Shown here: positions 13,846 to 27,200 of the stretch, one piece after another
Layout: each line of letters begins with the position of its first letter
Numbering within the stretch: the first letter of the stretch is position 1
DNA from: Mytilus californianus
Lineage: Eukaryota
Direction of reading: 5' to 3'
Length of the DNA stretch: 64,000 bases
NCBI RefSeq assembly: GCF_021869535.1
Contig: NW_026262686.1
Span: 1,860,001 to 1,924,000, forward strand
Position numbers and translations under genes: made by a program
The notes under the pieces: model-generated
The model's input: only the letters and a program-made list of their open reading frames with translations
The model's database searches: none
Told to the model about the DNA's origin: nothing

Positions 13846-15581
13846 GTAATTAGTTCGTAAAACAAAATTATATTTCACACAACAAATTGATTATTTTTGA
13901 TATCGATAACAAGAGGAATACATATGCATATAAACATAAGATAATCAACAAATTGATTATTATTGATATCGATAACAAGAGGAATACATATGCATATAAA
14001 CATAAGATAATATAGTCTGTCTATAAAGATCCTCTGTTAAAAGTTTTAACCATGAATAACCAAGCTTTTTATTTCCATTTTTCACAATTTTTAAACTACA
14101 AATTACATTTTACACAAGAATTACATTTTCTTTAAAATACTAATTACTATAGGACTCCTTAAGATAAACATCAGATAGTATTTTCTATTTAGATCCCAAT
14201 TCGAAAGTTTTAACCATCAATAACCGAGATTTTGTTCATTTCCAGTTAGTGGGTTTTCTGTCTTAAAACATATATTCAACCAAAATTACCTAAATATTAA
14301 TATTGATAACTAAAGGACTTCACAAAATAAACATAAAATAGTATGTTTTTTTTTCTATATACTATATAGATCAAATTTCTAAAATATTAACCATTAACAA
14401 CGGAGATTTTTCTACGTTTCCAGTTTTTGACATTTTTTCACTAAAAATCACTCATTTCACCTCAAAATTACTTCAATATGAATAATAATTACTAGAGGAC
14501 TACATAATATTCTATTAAGATCAGGTTCCCTGTCTTCAACAATCTTTAGGTCTAAAAATGTAACCATAAATAACAATTTTTCTTCTTTTCCAGTTTTCAG
14601 CATTTTTTATCTAAAAACCACATATTTCACCCCAAAATAACCTTTTCCGCAAATTATATCAATGTATAATTTTAGTATGTTGTTAGTACAGGTCTCTATT
14701 ATAATTTGCACTAAAAAAACCTTGTGTTGCAATTAGTTGGAGGTTGAGTGATTTTAGAGCTAAATTGACTAGGCTATTAGAAACACACACATTCAAACAA
14801 AACGTTATTTAATTTGTAACACACAGGCTTGATTTTATTTTGACGACATATAGTAATTATATTTGGTGGACGTCAGCAGCCTGTCATGTTCTTCTTTTCG
14901 TCAGGTACATGTACTTCTGATCTGAGCAACAAGGCAAATATGCCCTCCTATCATAATTTCATATATATTTTTTTTATTATTCAAGAGAAACTTTCAACAA
15001 GGGTTCTACAGTGACCCAAATTCCTTACACTTTCATTTAATACCAATTTAACCCAAATGTTTTACTTTTTGACAGAGATACAGATATGCGTTTGGACTAT
15101 TTTGTTTAAAATATGTACTACTTCTTGTATGTTCTTTCCAACTGGGCCCAAAAATCAGTGGTTCTATACCTTAAACAGGAAGTAGGAAGTTATTAAAATT
15201 CTGGGCATTTTTATTCATGTCGGATTTTCTTTGTCTATGAATTATATTTTTCGAGATACAAGACGTTTAGTGCATATTACTCTTATGTTCTATTTTTAGC
15301 AATGACTGCCATGTTTGTTGACTGACTGGAAAAAAAAACTCAACTTCATACTACATACCCTATACTACCCTAATACTAAGGATCATTCACTCAAAGCTTG
15401 GCTGAAATTGGTTCAGTAGTTTTAGAGAAGATCTTTGAAAAAGTTAATGACGAATACGACGGACAACAATGAGGACACCAAGTGATGGCAATAGCTCACA
15501 TGGCCCTTTCAGCCAGGTGAGATACATGTAAAAATGACACTATGATCAAGAACGTTACAAAGACTAATGAAACTAGGCAAA

Positions 15582-15787
15582 CAGGGGCGTTTCTAGGATA
15601 TTTGAAAGAGGGGGCGTAGAATCAAATCTTTCGCCGAGCGGAGCTTTTTTGCTAAAAAACATTAAATAATGTTAAATTGCCATATTCAATACAATATTAG
15701 CAGATTACGATATTTTTATTTTTTTTTTAAAAAGGGGGGGGGGGGGGGGGGTTACGCCCATTACGCCCTCACGTGGACCCGCCCCTG
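15582..15787. mobile_element. MITE with CAGGGGCG-type TIRs (no TSD retained)
   Basis: caggggcgtttctag ... gtggacccgcccctg; internal G-run. Confidence 0.6.
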
Positions 15788-17364
15788 ACTCTAATAAAAA
15801 ATTATGAGCTAACCTGAGAAAAATTGTTAAAGGCATGTTTTTACATCTCAAAACTTGAGAATTTTTGTGGGATTGTAACTAGAGGCTCTAAAGAGCCTGT
15901 GTCGCTCACCTTGGTCTAAGTGCATATTAAACAAAGGACACAGATGGATTCATGACAAAATTGTGTTTTGGTGATGGTGATGTGTTTGTAGATCTTACTT
16001 TACTGAACATTCTTTCTCCTTACTATTATCTCTATCTATAATGAACTTGGCCCGGTAGTTACAGTGGAAAATATATTGTAAAAATTTACAAAAATTTACA
16101 AAATTTATGAAAATTGTAAAAAATTTACTATAAAGGGCAATAACTCCTTAAGGGGTCAATTGACAATTTTAGTCATGTTGACTTATTTGTAGATCTAACT
16201 TTGCTGTACATTATTGCTGTTTACAGTTTATCTCTATCTATAATAATATTCAAGATAATAACCAAAAACGGCAAAATTTTCTTAAAATTACCAATTCAGG
16301 GGCAGCAACCCAACAACTTGTTGCCTGATTGGTCTGAAAATTTCAGGGCATATAGATCTTGACCTAATGAACAATTTTATCCTCATCAGATTTGCTCTAA
16401 ATGCTTTGGTTTCAGAAATATGAGCCCAAAACTGCATTTTACCCTATGTATTATTTTTTAGCCATGTCGGCCATCTTGGTTCGCGGGCGGGGTCATCGGA
16501 CACATTTTTTAAACTAGATACCCTAATGACGATTGGGGACAAGTTTGGTTAAATTTGTCTTAGTAGTTTCAGAGGAGAAGATTTTTGTAAAGGATTACAA
16601 AATTTTACGAAAAATGGTTAAAAACTGACTATAAAGGGCAATAACTCCTTAAGGGGTCAACTGACCATTTTGGTCAAGTTGACTTATTTGTAGATCTTAC
16701 TTTGCTGAACATTATTGCTGTTTACAGTTTATCTCTTATCTATAATAATATTCAAGATAATAACCAAAAACGGCAAAATTTCCTTAAAATTACCAATTCA
16801 GGGGCAGCAACCCAACAACAGGTTGTCCGATTCATCTGAAAATTTTGGGGCAGATAGATCTTGACCTAATAAACAATTTTACCCCCATGTCAGATTTGCT
16901 CTAAATGCTTTGGTTTCAGAGATATAAGCCAAATTCTACATTTTACCCCTATGTTCTATTTTTAGCCATGGCGGCCATCTTGGTTGGTTGGCCGGGTCAC
17001 CGGACACATTTTTTAAACTAGATACCCCAATGATGATTGTGGCCAAGTTTGGTCAAATTTGGCCCAGTAGTTTCAGAGGAGAAGATTTTTGTAAAAGTTT
17101 ACGGACGACGGACGACGGACGCAGGACGACGGACGACGGACGCAAAGTGATGAGAAAAGCTCACTTGACCTTTCAGGTCAGGTGAGCTAAAAAAACTTGA
17201 GAATTTTTGTGGGATTGTAAAAAAAAATTACTTATACAAGTAAATTTTTGAGAAAATTAAGGGAAGATTATTCAAACACAATAATTAACTTATAAATATA
17301 AGTATATAATTATTTACTCCTTCAAGTAAATAATAATTACTTGTACATGTAGTACCTCTGACTG
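15788..17364. mobile_element. Left-truncated copy of the 47912-48584 family, split by a HINE insertion
   Basis: 15788-15878 and 17192-17364 match 48357-48584, ending at the same TIR (gtagtacctctgactg). Confidence 0.8.
15877..17191 (+). mobile_element. Helentron-associated/pearl-like non-autonomous element (HINE) with a roughly 500-bp duplicated core
   Basis: 5' aactagaggctctaaagagcctgtgtcgctcacc (hairpin plus subTIR); (GACG)n-like microsatellite at about 17100-17142; 3' hairpin agctcacttgacctttcaggtcaggtgagctaaaa. Confidence 0.8.
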
Positions 17365-19897
17365 ACAGTGAATATTGTTGATATAAATATTTAACAACAG
17401 AGTATATAGGTATATTTTATTAGGTATTGGCGATCATGCAATATAACATAAGTATATAGATAACAAAAAAAGTATAACCTGCATACAAAATATCTTATTC
17501 CCAACCTCTTATTATAGTGATAACTGCTTCCCCTGAACTATTAGATCACGTATACTGTTTGAATAGACTTTCGTTTTATAAATTACTGGAGGACGTCAAT
17601 GAATTTTCCTGTGACCTGAGTTCACATATAAAAGTTAGCTACAATCCTGCAGAAATGATTAAACAAGAGTAAACACATAGAAAATGTATCGCCTGCTTTA
17701 CTTAATATAAAATTTATGCTGATAATCTTAGTCTTAATTCAGGTATAGCATAAACTTGATATTATCAATGAACCTTGAAATTTAGGTCAATGTCTGAAAA
17801 TTTCAGATATTTCAGAATATGTATACACCTTAAATCTGAAAAAAGGACTATATCAAGAAAACTTCTAATTGATTAAAGAACCCAGAAAATAATATAACTA
17901 AATAACAAGATTGTCTTACATAAAATAAATCTTGCTTTTTCAGTCTACCTTTGAAAACACAGTTAAACATGTGACTCTTTCTAAACAAATCAAATTAGCT
18001 AGAATATTATACAAAATAATAAAATATCTAGATAAAAAGAATGCTTACCTAAAATGAATAAAGTTATTAGATTAATGAAAATCCTGTGAACCTACACCTG
18101 GTACATTAAATAATGTCAGGTTCCATTGATGAGGATCCCAGAAGATAATAACGAAACAAATTAACAGAAAATACATATGGCTCTAACTTTGATTAAGGTA
18201 TTTAGTTATAATGATGAACTGTAGGAGGTATTGCACCGACAGTTTTCTGTACATCAAGAAATCACAAAAAAATGATCTACAACAGAAATAAACTTTACAC
18301 AACTTAGCTTAGTGTCAGTCTGTCATTTCAAAAGGTCAATAGTTAGATAAACTTCGTTGGGGGACTGACAGATGGTCAGAACAAAAGCTATGTTTCTCCA
18401 TATATAATATGAGTAAATACAGGGAAATCCATTTCCTTGTTTTTAAATGGTGATATAGCTCTCAGTTTCAGGTAAACTTTGTTGGTGTACTGACAGATGG
18501 TTAGAACAAAAGCAATGTTTCTCCATATATAATGTGAGTAAATAAAGGATCCTTGTCTTTGTTTTTATATTTAATTGGTAATATAGCTCTCATTTTTATT
18601 ACTTAATATAAAATGATTGGCTTATTTCTGCAGTCCTAATTAATATCAGCTGGAGTCAGCTTATCTCATTCAGAGTTATCTATTGACAGTGTCCCTCTTC
18701 TTTGTGTCAACATTTTCTCTGAGGACAAAAATCAGGTGTTGATAACAGTCACTGTAATCAATAAGATAGTTTTATCTAATTGCCAGTAATATGTATGTTT
18801 CATAGCAAATGTATTACTCCCTGAAGATTTGCAAAACCTATGGTGTTTCTAAAACAGATTGCCTGTATTTCACTTAAAATGGAAAGCAAAAATGATTATG
18901 AACTGATTAATAGGTTTAACATAACACACAAAACATAAAACAATTAAACTAACTTCCTTCAGTATTTTTACTTAAAAAAATCACTTCCATATCAATGCCA
19001 AAATAAACTTTGTTATTGTAAATTAGAAAAAAATGCCACAAACTTGGTTATAATGATACAATAAAATTAGGGATGTCAACAAGTACACAAGTACTTGAGT
19101 ATGGCTCTGTAGTACCAAGTATCAAATATTAAAAAGACACTCCATTATTCAGTTTTCTTTAAGCATGTAAAGGATGTTATCCTCCACTTTTCATTTTTTT
19201 GAATTTTTCTTCACCGAGTTGATATTTCTAAATAAAATAAAAATTAATTAATCATAAGTATTTTTTAGTAATTTTCTGTGAGGTATTGCTCATTAATTTA
19301 ACTGATAATTTATTTTGTTTGATATATCATTCTTATGAAATAGAACTTGAAAAATAGGTAAAACAAAAATCTGAATACATAATAGGTATGCATATACCAA
19401 ACAATATTGTTTCTTCTTCAAAAGATACAAATATCTATTTAAATATTATAAATGCATTATTAAGCAAGGCCTTTATTTTGAAGATTTCCTCTACTGTATT
19501 CATTCTAAATATATTCACACTTGCAACAATCAAAGTTGATGAATGATCCTGAACGACTAGAAACTATGTTCACGATGTGACACTTCCTCTATCTGAAAAA
19601 CAAAGTCAGATAGTTCAATTCACTACATAAAAATAAAACAAGAGGCTCCAATGAGCCTACCTGACTGTTCAACAGGCATTTTTGGATACCACAAAAATCA
19701 ATCAACCTGAACCCCTCATATAAAGTCATATTTCTCTCTAATATCAGATTTTAAGTAAACATGCATAGTTTCGTTTCTCCGAGTAGATAAGAAAATCTAA
19801 TTTCCAAGTTTTAAAGCATTGTAAACAAGTTTTAATTCTTTCTGCTGAATGCACCAGATTTTTAAGTATTGTTACCAAGCGTACTTATTTAAAACAA

Positions 19898-20080
19898 GGA
19901 GCCTTGTTGGCCAAGTGGTCTAAGTATTTAATCTTTAGTGACCACTAGCGTGTCAACACTGAGGTTGTTAGTTCAACCCTTCATTGACAAGGCGTGCTTC
20001 ACTCTGATCTTGATTGACAAGGACACCCAGTTTCCCTGCTAAGGTCTGTGGTTCTCTCTGGGTACTTTGGCTCCCTGAAT
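19898..20080 (+). mobile_element. Degenerate tRNA-derived SINE
   Basis: A-box-like tggccaagtggtctaag, B-box-like gttagttcaaccc, and a core resembling the conserved SINE domain gtggttctctc-gggtact. Confidence 0.5.
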
Positions 20081-20584
20081 AACCAAAGTGCTTGTGAGCA
20101 CTAGAAGGTAAAGATTGCTTTCATTTTACAGTGTGAATTTAAACTATAACATGGCATTGTATTAAGTCAAAACCAACTTCTATTATGGACAAAGGAAGAT
20201 AACTCCAATCTTAATATTACTTTTCATTGCTTTTTTTGTTTTTTTTATCAAGTATGGTTAAGCACATGCACATCATTTTGTAACTTAAATATTTGAGTAG
20301 ACATCATCTATAACTGTTTGCCATGAACATGGTTAGGATCCAAATAATGTTCACTTTTCTGCACTATGTTGTGTGCTCTCAAAGGTAGGAATGAGGTCTG
20401 TGTAAATATCAAGTCAGTGAAATAAGGGTTTTAATTACATTCATGCAATCTTTACCCAAAAACTGTCTACCATAACATGTCAATGTGTGCTGAAACAGGT
20501 GTTTTTAACCAATAATCAATCAATCTTTCAAATGGGTTTGAACAAATTAACATTAAGTGTTATTTAAGTCTGGCTGGTCAGTTT

Positions 20585-21140
20585 TTACACATACCAATTT
20601 ATTTTTCTCTGATTTTATGCATACCAAATTATTTCTCTCAGATTTCTTACAAATCAAATTACTTTTCTCTCTAATTTTTTACATACCAAGTTATTTTATA
20701 CATACCATGTAATTTCTCTCTAATTTTATACATACCAAGTTATTTTATACATACCAAAGTTATTTCTCTCTGATTTTTATACATACCATGTAATTTCTCT
20801 CTGATTTCATACATACCAAGTTATTTCTCTCTGATTTTATACATACTAAGTCATTTCTCTCTGATTGTATACATACCAAGTTATTTCTCTCTCATTTTAT
20901 ACATACCATGTTATTTCTCTCTCATTTTATACATACCAAGTTATTTCTCTCTGATTATATACATACCAAGTTATTTCTCTCTCATTTTATACATACCAAG
21001 TTATTTCTCTCTCATTTTATACATACCAAGTTATTTCTCTCTGATTATATACATACCAAGTTATTTCTCTCTCATTTTATACATACCAAGTTATTTCTCT
21101 CTGATTATATACATACCAAGTTATTTCTCTCTGATTATAT
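20585..21140 (-). repeat. 30-bp tandem array derived from the UPB1 stop-codon region, about 18 copies
   Basis: Minus-strand unit ataatcagagagaaataacttggtatgtat = last codons + TAA + start of the 3'UTR. Confidence 0.92.
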
Positions 21141-21207
21141 CAGGTTTAAAGTCAGGTTTAATAGCCTCATTAATTTCTGCTGCATACATATCCAGTCTTT
21201 GTGTCAT
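21121..21207 (-). CDS. UPB1: UPB1 terminal coding exon 14 ([28 protein letters not shown])
   Basis: tttttaacag|ATGACACAAAGA...GAGAAATAA; stop at 21123-21121. Confidence 0.94.
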   Translation of the reverse strand: MTQRLDMYAAEINEAIKPDFKPDIIREK

Positions 21208-24200
21208 CTGTTAAAAAAATTGTTTTAAAGTAACTTAATTGAAGAAAGGAAACTTTAAAATTTTGAGAATCATACCTCCACATTAAAAGGAACTGAAATG
21301 ACAAGCCTATTTTGTTGTTAAGTTTCAGTATCTGTAAAATCTTAAGTTTTACCTGAATCAATCACTATAAAAGAGGAACGAAAGATACCAGAGGGACAGT
21401 CAAACTCATAGATCCAAAACAAACTGACAACGCCATGGCCAAAAATAAAAAGACAAACAGACAAATAATAGTACAGATGACACAACATAGAAAACTAAAG
21501 ACTAAGCAACACGAAACCCACCAAAAACTGGGGGTGATCTCAGGTGCTCTGGATATAAATGATTGTATCCAAATTGCACCTATTTTGACAGTTTTATCAC
21601 TCACTTTTAATTAGATCCAGACAAAAGTTTCTATTCTGTGTTTATTTTGTAGATGTATCCTTTATAACTGTATAGTTCCACATAAATAAATATGAATCCA
21701 TACTGAATCAGAAAAATGGGTTTGAACCTCCAAACAACCAAAGATTCAGAAATGAGTTGTACCTAGATTGTATCCATGCTTAAATCACATAGATCTGTTG
21801 AAATAAAAACTGGAGGCTCTCAAGAGCCTGTGTCGCTCACCTGACTCTACTTATGTAAAAATAGATAAAAATCATAACAGATACCCAAATAATAATTGAG
21901 GCCAAATTTGGTTTTATATTGGCCCCGTAATTTAATAAAAAATCCTGGTGGCCATCTTGAACAGTAAAGTAGCAACACTTCATCAGCACCTCATAAGGAA
22001 AATTTATGCCATGTTTGGTTTCATTCCATTCAGTGGTTCTCTAAAAGAAGACATTTTTATGTATTTCCTATAGGGTCCTATGTTAAACTAATTCCCCCTG
22101 CTGGCGGCCATCTTGGATGATGGAGCGGCTTCAAAGTAACAACAATTGGTAAGCATCTCATAAGGAACATTCATGCCATGTTTGGTTTCATTCATTTCAG
22201 TGGTTCTTTAAAAGAAGACATTTGTATGTATTTCCCATAGGGTCCTATGTTAAACTAAGTCTGCTGCTGGCGGCCATCTTGGGTGATAAATTGGCTTCAA
22301 AGTAACAACACTTGGTCAGCACTTCATAAGGAACATTCATGCCATGTTTGGTTTCATTCCATTCAGTGGTTCTCTAAAAGAAGAAATTTGTATGTATTTC
22401 CCATAGGGTCCATGTTAAACTAACTCCCCTGCTGGTGGCCATCTTGGATGATGGATCGGCTTCCAAGTAAAAACACTTGGTCAGCACCTCATAAAGAACA
22501 TTCAAGCCATGTTTGGTTTCATTCCATTTAGTGGTTCTCTAAAAGAAGACATTTGTATGTATTTCCCTTAGGGTCCTATGTTAAACTAAGTCCCCGCTGG
22601 CGGCCATCTTGGGTGATGGTATGGCTTCAAAGTAACAACATTTGTCAGCACCTCATAAGGAACATTCATGCCACGTTTGGTTTTATTCCATTCAGTGGTT
22701 CTCTAAAAGAAGACATTTGTATGTATTTCCTATAGGGTCCTATGTTAAACTAATTCCCCGCTGGTGGCCATCTTGGATGATGGATCAATTTCAAAGTAAC
22801 AACACTTGGTCAGCACCTCATAAGGAACATTCATGCCATGTTTGGTTTCATTCCATTCAGTGGTTCTCTAGAAGTTCAAAGTGTAAAAAGTTAACGATGA
22901 CAACGGACGCCAAGTGATGAGAATAGCTCACTTGGCCCTTTGGGCCAGGTGAGCTAAAAACGAAATTTTGTTTTTTTATTTTGCCACATTTTTAGAACAA
23001 TTTGACATTTTTCCATGCTTACTTTTCATTTTGTAAGCTACTTACTCTGAATCCCCACTTATCTTTGATTTGTCTACATAAGTTAAGATCTACTTCAGCT
23101 ACCAGTAATCCATCCTTAGTTCTTGATAAACCCTGAAAGGAAAAAGAGGTCTTTTGTTAAGGAGGACCTTGCAAGGGAACATCATACATTATTTCCCTTC
23201 TACGAGCTCGAGGGAGCATGTTTAATTACTGCCTGCTGCATGGTAACACACTTAATTACTCTATGCTGCCTAGGAACATACTTACTTGCTCACTGTTGCA
23301 TGGGTATATATACTCTTAATAGCCCCCTGTTACATGGAAATGCTTAACTACTCCTTGCTGTAAGAGAGCACACTTAATTCTTTGCTGTCTAAAATAATAT
23401 TTTTTATTCCACAAAAGGAATGTAATCAATTGACATGATTAATGATAAAAGGCCCTAATATTGGTTTCAACACATTTTTTATTGTATCATAATGAGTATT
23501 TATTAGACAAGTTAATTTACTAATTAAGAAAATGATAATCTAATGTATATAATTTAATATAATTAACTATTGAAAAATGATCACACAGTAAAACCAAATT
23601 GAACAACAGTATTCATGGTATTTGATCGACAAAGATGTATTGATTATAAGTCACTGGTGTATTTAAGTGATTATAGTTTATTACTTTATATAACATTATA
23701 TTAAAACACCCAGTCAATGGGTAAATATACATTATTTATGTTATCTATTTTAAAGAAATAAGTTTTATTTAATATCTAGTCAATAATTTTCCAGCATGCC
23801 ATGCAGATGACATGTCATATTTTCCCTCTGGCCATCATATTATTCATGGTACTGTCAAAATACTGACCTTCATCATGTTCATACACAAAGTACAAATTAT
23901 TAAAATTCTTGTTATCAGGTCAATTGTCGTACAGTATTTCCTGTAATTATACCACTACATATATTCTCTCTTTCTGTTCTGAATAAACTTTTGGGTATTT
24001 ACTATACCATACTAGATATACCAAACATACTCAAGATGTTGACTGACCAGTATACCAAATACAAATTGGACTATACTTCAAAACTATATAAATCTAAAAA
24101 ATAACTCAACTAATATATTTTGCATTTGCCATGTTTGCCGTGCGGACGAACTAGCCGGCATTTAATATGATATAATCTGACATTATGTGACGATACATAT

Positions 24201-27200
24201 TTATACAGTACATCAATCGAAAATGATAAATTTGACTAACAGATTTGTCCATCCTAGTCTATATTTTAGAAACAATATAAAAGATTCTATTCCTTGAATC
24301 TTTATCTCCGTCATTAGTGATGAATGCCACCCAGGAAAAACAATAAAAAATAATTTCATGGAAACCTGTAACTCGAGGTAATGCCGACACCACTTCCAGA
24401 GAAAGCGTCAAGTCCAGCGCTTAAAAAACCAAATACAAAAATAAACAGCCACTGTTTATAACATACTTATATATAAATATATACACTTGTAATTTGAGGT
24501 TTACTATCGAACATCCACGGCTAGAATGAAGACCTTAACACAAGACAATACATTTGGCGCCAAACCATAAAAAACTTGACCATTGGTCATTCTAAACACG
24601 TGACTACACTTAGTCTTGATGAACCGTACAATACATTATTTTTCTACTATACTACGAAACGCAGAAAAATGATATTAACCCAACACCCTTCCTTAATTTA
24701 TATATCAAGAGTCTGACAGGATGTTAATCACATACAAATGTTCATCTGTATAAGTTGCATTCTAACCAAGCAAAGCATACTCTGGTTACTATCACGAAAC
24801 ATTGTTCATTATTTTCTATTTTTAGTAGTGGTGACTGACCCGATAATCAATAGGCTTCTTCCCCTCCCCTATATCTTCATCTCTATAAGTTTCATTCTAA
24901 TCAAGCAATGGAAAATGCACCAATCATTGTTAATTTTTTTCTTCTATCTTCAGTAACAGTGACCTTAACCTTGGACATTTTGACCCCCAAATAAAATGGT
25001 TTTTCTCTTCCCTATATTTTTCATGTGTATAAGTTTCATTTAAGTCAAGCATGGGAAACTCAAGTTATCACCCAGAAACAATTGTTCATTTTCTTTTCTA
25101 TTTCTAGTAACAGTGATCGTAACTTTTAACCTTTTTGAACCCAAAATCAAAAGGCTTTTTCCCTCCCAACAGACCGATGGATGGAAGGACAGACAGACAG
25201 ACAGATGGATGGAAGGACAGATAGACAGACGGATGAAATGGAGGATGGGAAGATGGACAACAAGACCAAAACAATTACTATATACTCCTGAAAAATAATT
25301 TTGGGAAGCATATAGAATGTGGGTATAAAATACAAAATAAAGACCCTTAAATTTACCTCTTTACAGTTTATGAGGGTAGGGTAGAGTTTCAAATGAGAGA
25401 GAAAGAGAGAGAGAAAAAAGAAAACAAGACAGTAAACAGTTTAACTGAATAAAAACATTAAACAAAGAAAGCACATTATAAAGAAGTAAGTTTGGTAAGG
25501 GTCAAAGGAGTAGGGGCAATAAGGCCCTTATTTGACCCAAATATTACTGCCAATTTAAAAGTTATCATACATATTCCAAAATTTGTCCTATCTAGACTTA
25601 GGTACAAGGTATTCAGAAAAAAACCACATATTTCACATTTAACGAGTTACCATGACAACAAGCCATGACAAAATTTGTATATTTTGTAAAATTTCTTGAT
25701 TTTCCTTGTTTTTTCATCAAATTTTAAGTGTATTTTAGATTGGCAAGGTATGAGCACATCCAAGAAACAACTTTATATTTGGTGAGATTATGTCAATAGA
25801 TGTAAGTAAGCTTCTCTTAAATTATTTTGTTGTTTCTTGGCTGCGCATGATGTTTCAATAATGGAAATAACGATAGAAAACTGCATAAATTCTGTATTTT
25901 TCATCATTTTCATGAAAACGGTACATATTATGACGTAATTGTGACGTCATCAGATAAAAAATCTTATGTTTTTCATTTATATTTCTTGACTCTATGCTTT
26001 TCTAAACATGTGCCAATTTGAAATAGTTTTCAAACATTTTATTTTCTTGGACCAAAACTGGGCCTTAATGCCCCTTCTCCTTTGGCCTGAATACATGTAT
26101 TAAGTCTTGTTTGAAGATAAAAAATTATTTTAATTGGGAAAAAAGACATGTAAGAAAGAGAAATAGAACTTCTTTTGTGTAGCTTTTCTTATATAGGCTT
26201 AATATTTACAACCCAAATAGATCAAAAGTAGAGATTTTGATGAAAATTGACAAAATCTTCTGAATTTCTATCAATAATAAAGTACATTTAGACCTAGGAA
26301 ACTTAGAGTGCAGGCTTTGACAAACTAAATATATAAATCAGATATGTAAAATGTAATAATCAACAATTTGTTGAAAGATCTTTCTCGTCAACACATGAGC
26401 TCTACGTTTCCAGTAAAAAAAAAAACAATGGAAATTGCCCGTTTTCATTATTTTTTGTGGAAAATCAACATGTGTGCTATTTGTGACGTCATGAAAAGAA
26501 TGTTAATACACAAATTTTCAACAAAAAAGTTCTACCTAGTCAATTTTTATACGACCGCAAAAAAATTTTGCGGTCGTATATTGGTATGACGTTGGCGTCG
26601 TCGTCGGTGGCGTCTTCCGAAGACACATTGGTTTTCGCACTCTAACTTTAGTTTAAGTGAATGGATCTCTGACATTTTACCATAAGGTTCAATACCACAA
26701 ATGGAAGGTTGGGATTGATTTTGGGGGCTTTGGTACCAACAGTTAAGGAAAAAAGGGCCAAAAGGGGCCAAAAATAAGCATTTTTGTTACTTCCAGACAT
26801 AACTTGTGTGTTAGTGGATCTCTCTGACATTGTACCACAAGGTTCCATATCACAAAGGGCCAAAAAACAAGCATTTTTCTAGTTTCAGGACAATAACTTG
26901 TAAGTGTATGGATCTTTCTGAAATTGTACTACAAGGTTCCATATCAACAAGGGAAAGCTGGGATTGATTTTGGGGGTAATTGCCTCAAAATTTTAGGAAT
27001 TAGGGGCCAAAAAGGGGAAAAAAACAAGCATTTTTCTAGTTTCAGGACAATAACTTGTGTGTAAGTGTATGGATCTTTATGAAATTGTACTACAAGGTTC
27101 CATATCACAAAGGGAAAGCTGGGTTTGAGTTTGGGGGTAATTGCCCTAAACGTTTAGGAATTTGGGATCAAAAAGGGGCCTAAAAACAAGCATTTTTCTA

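Noticed and set aside
13881-14010. Local duplication of about 65 bp, with degenerate repeats of about 175 bp at 14040-14620 and a duplication of about 125 bp at 18340-18590
   Set aside because: Ordinary decayed tandem duplications with no link to an exon or element terminus.
19898-19985. tRNA gene
   Set aside because: A/B-box-like motifs are present but I cannot build a cloverleaf, and a SINE-like core follows.
23200-23400. Degenerate repeats of about 30 bp upstream of exon 13 as another junction-derived array
   Set aside because: No detectable similarity to exon 13 or its acceptor. Exons 1, 6, 7 and 10-13 show no junction duplication by eye.
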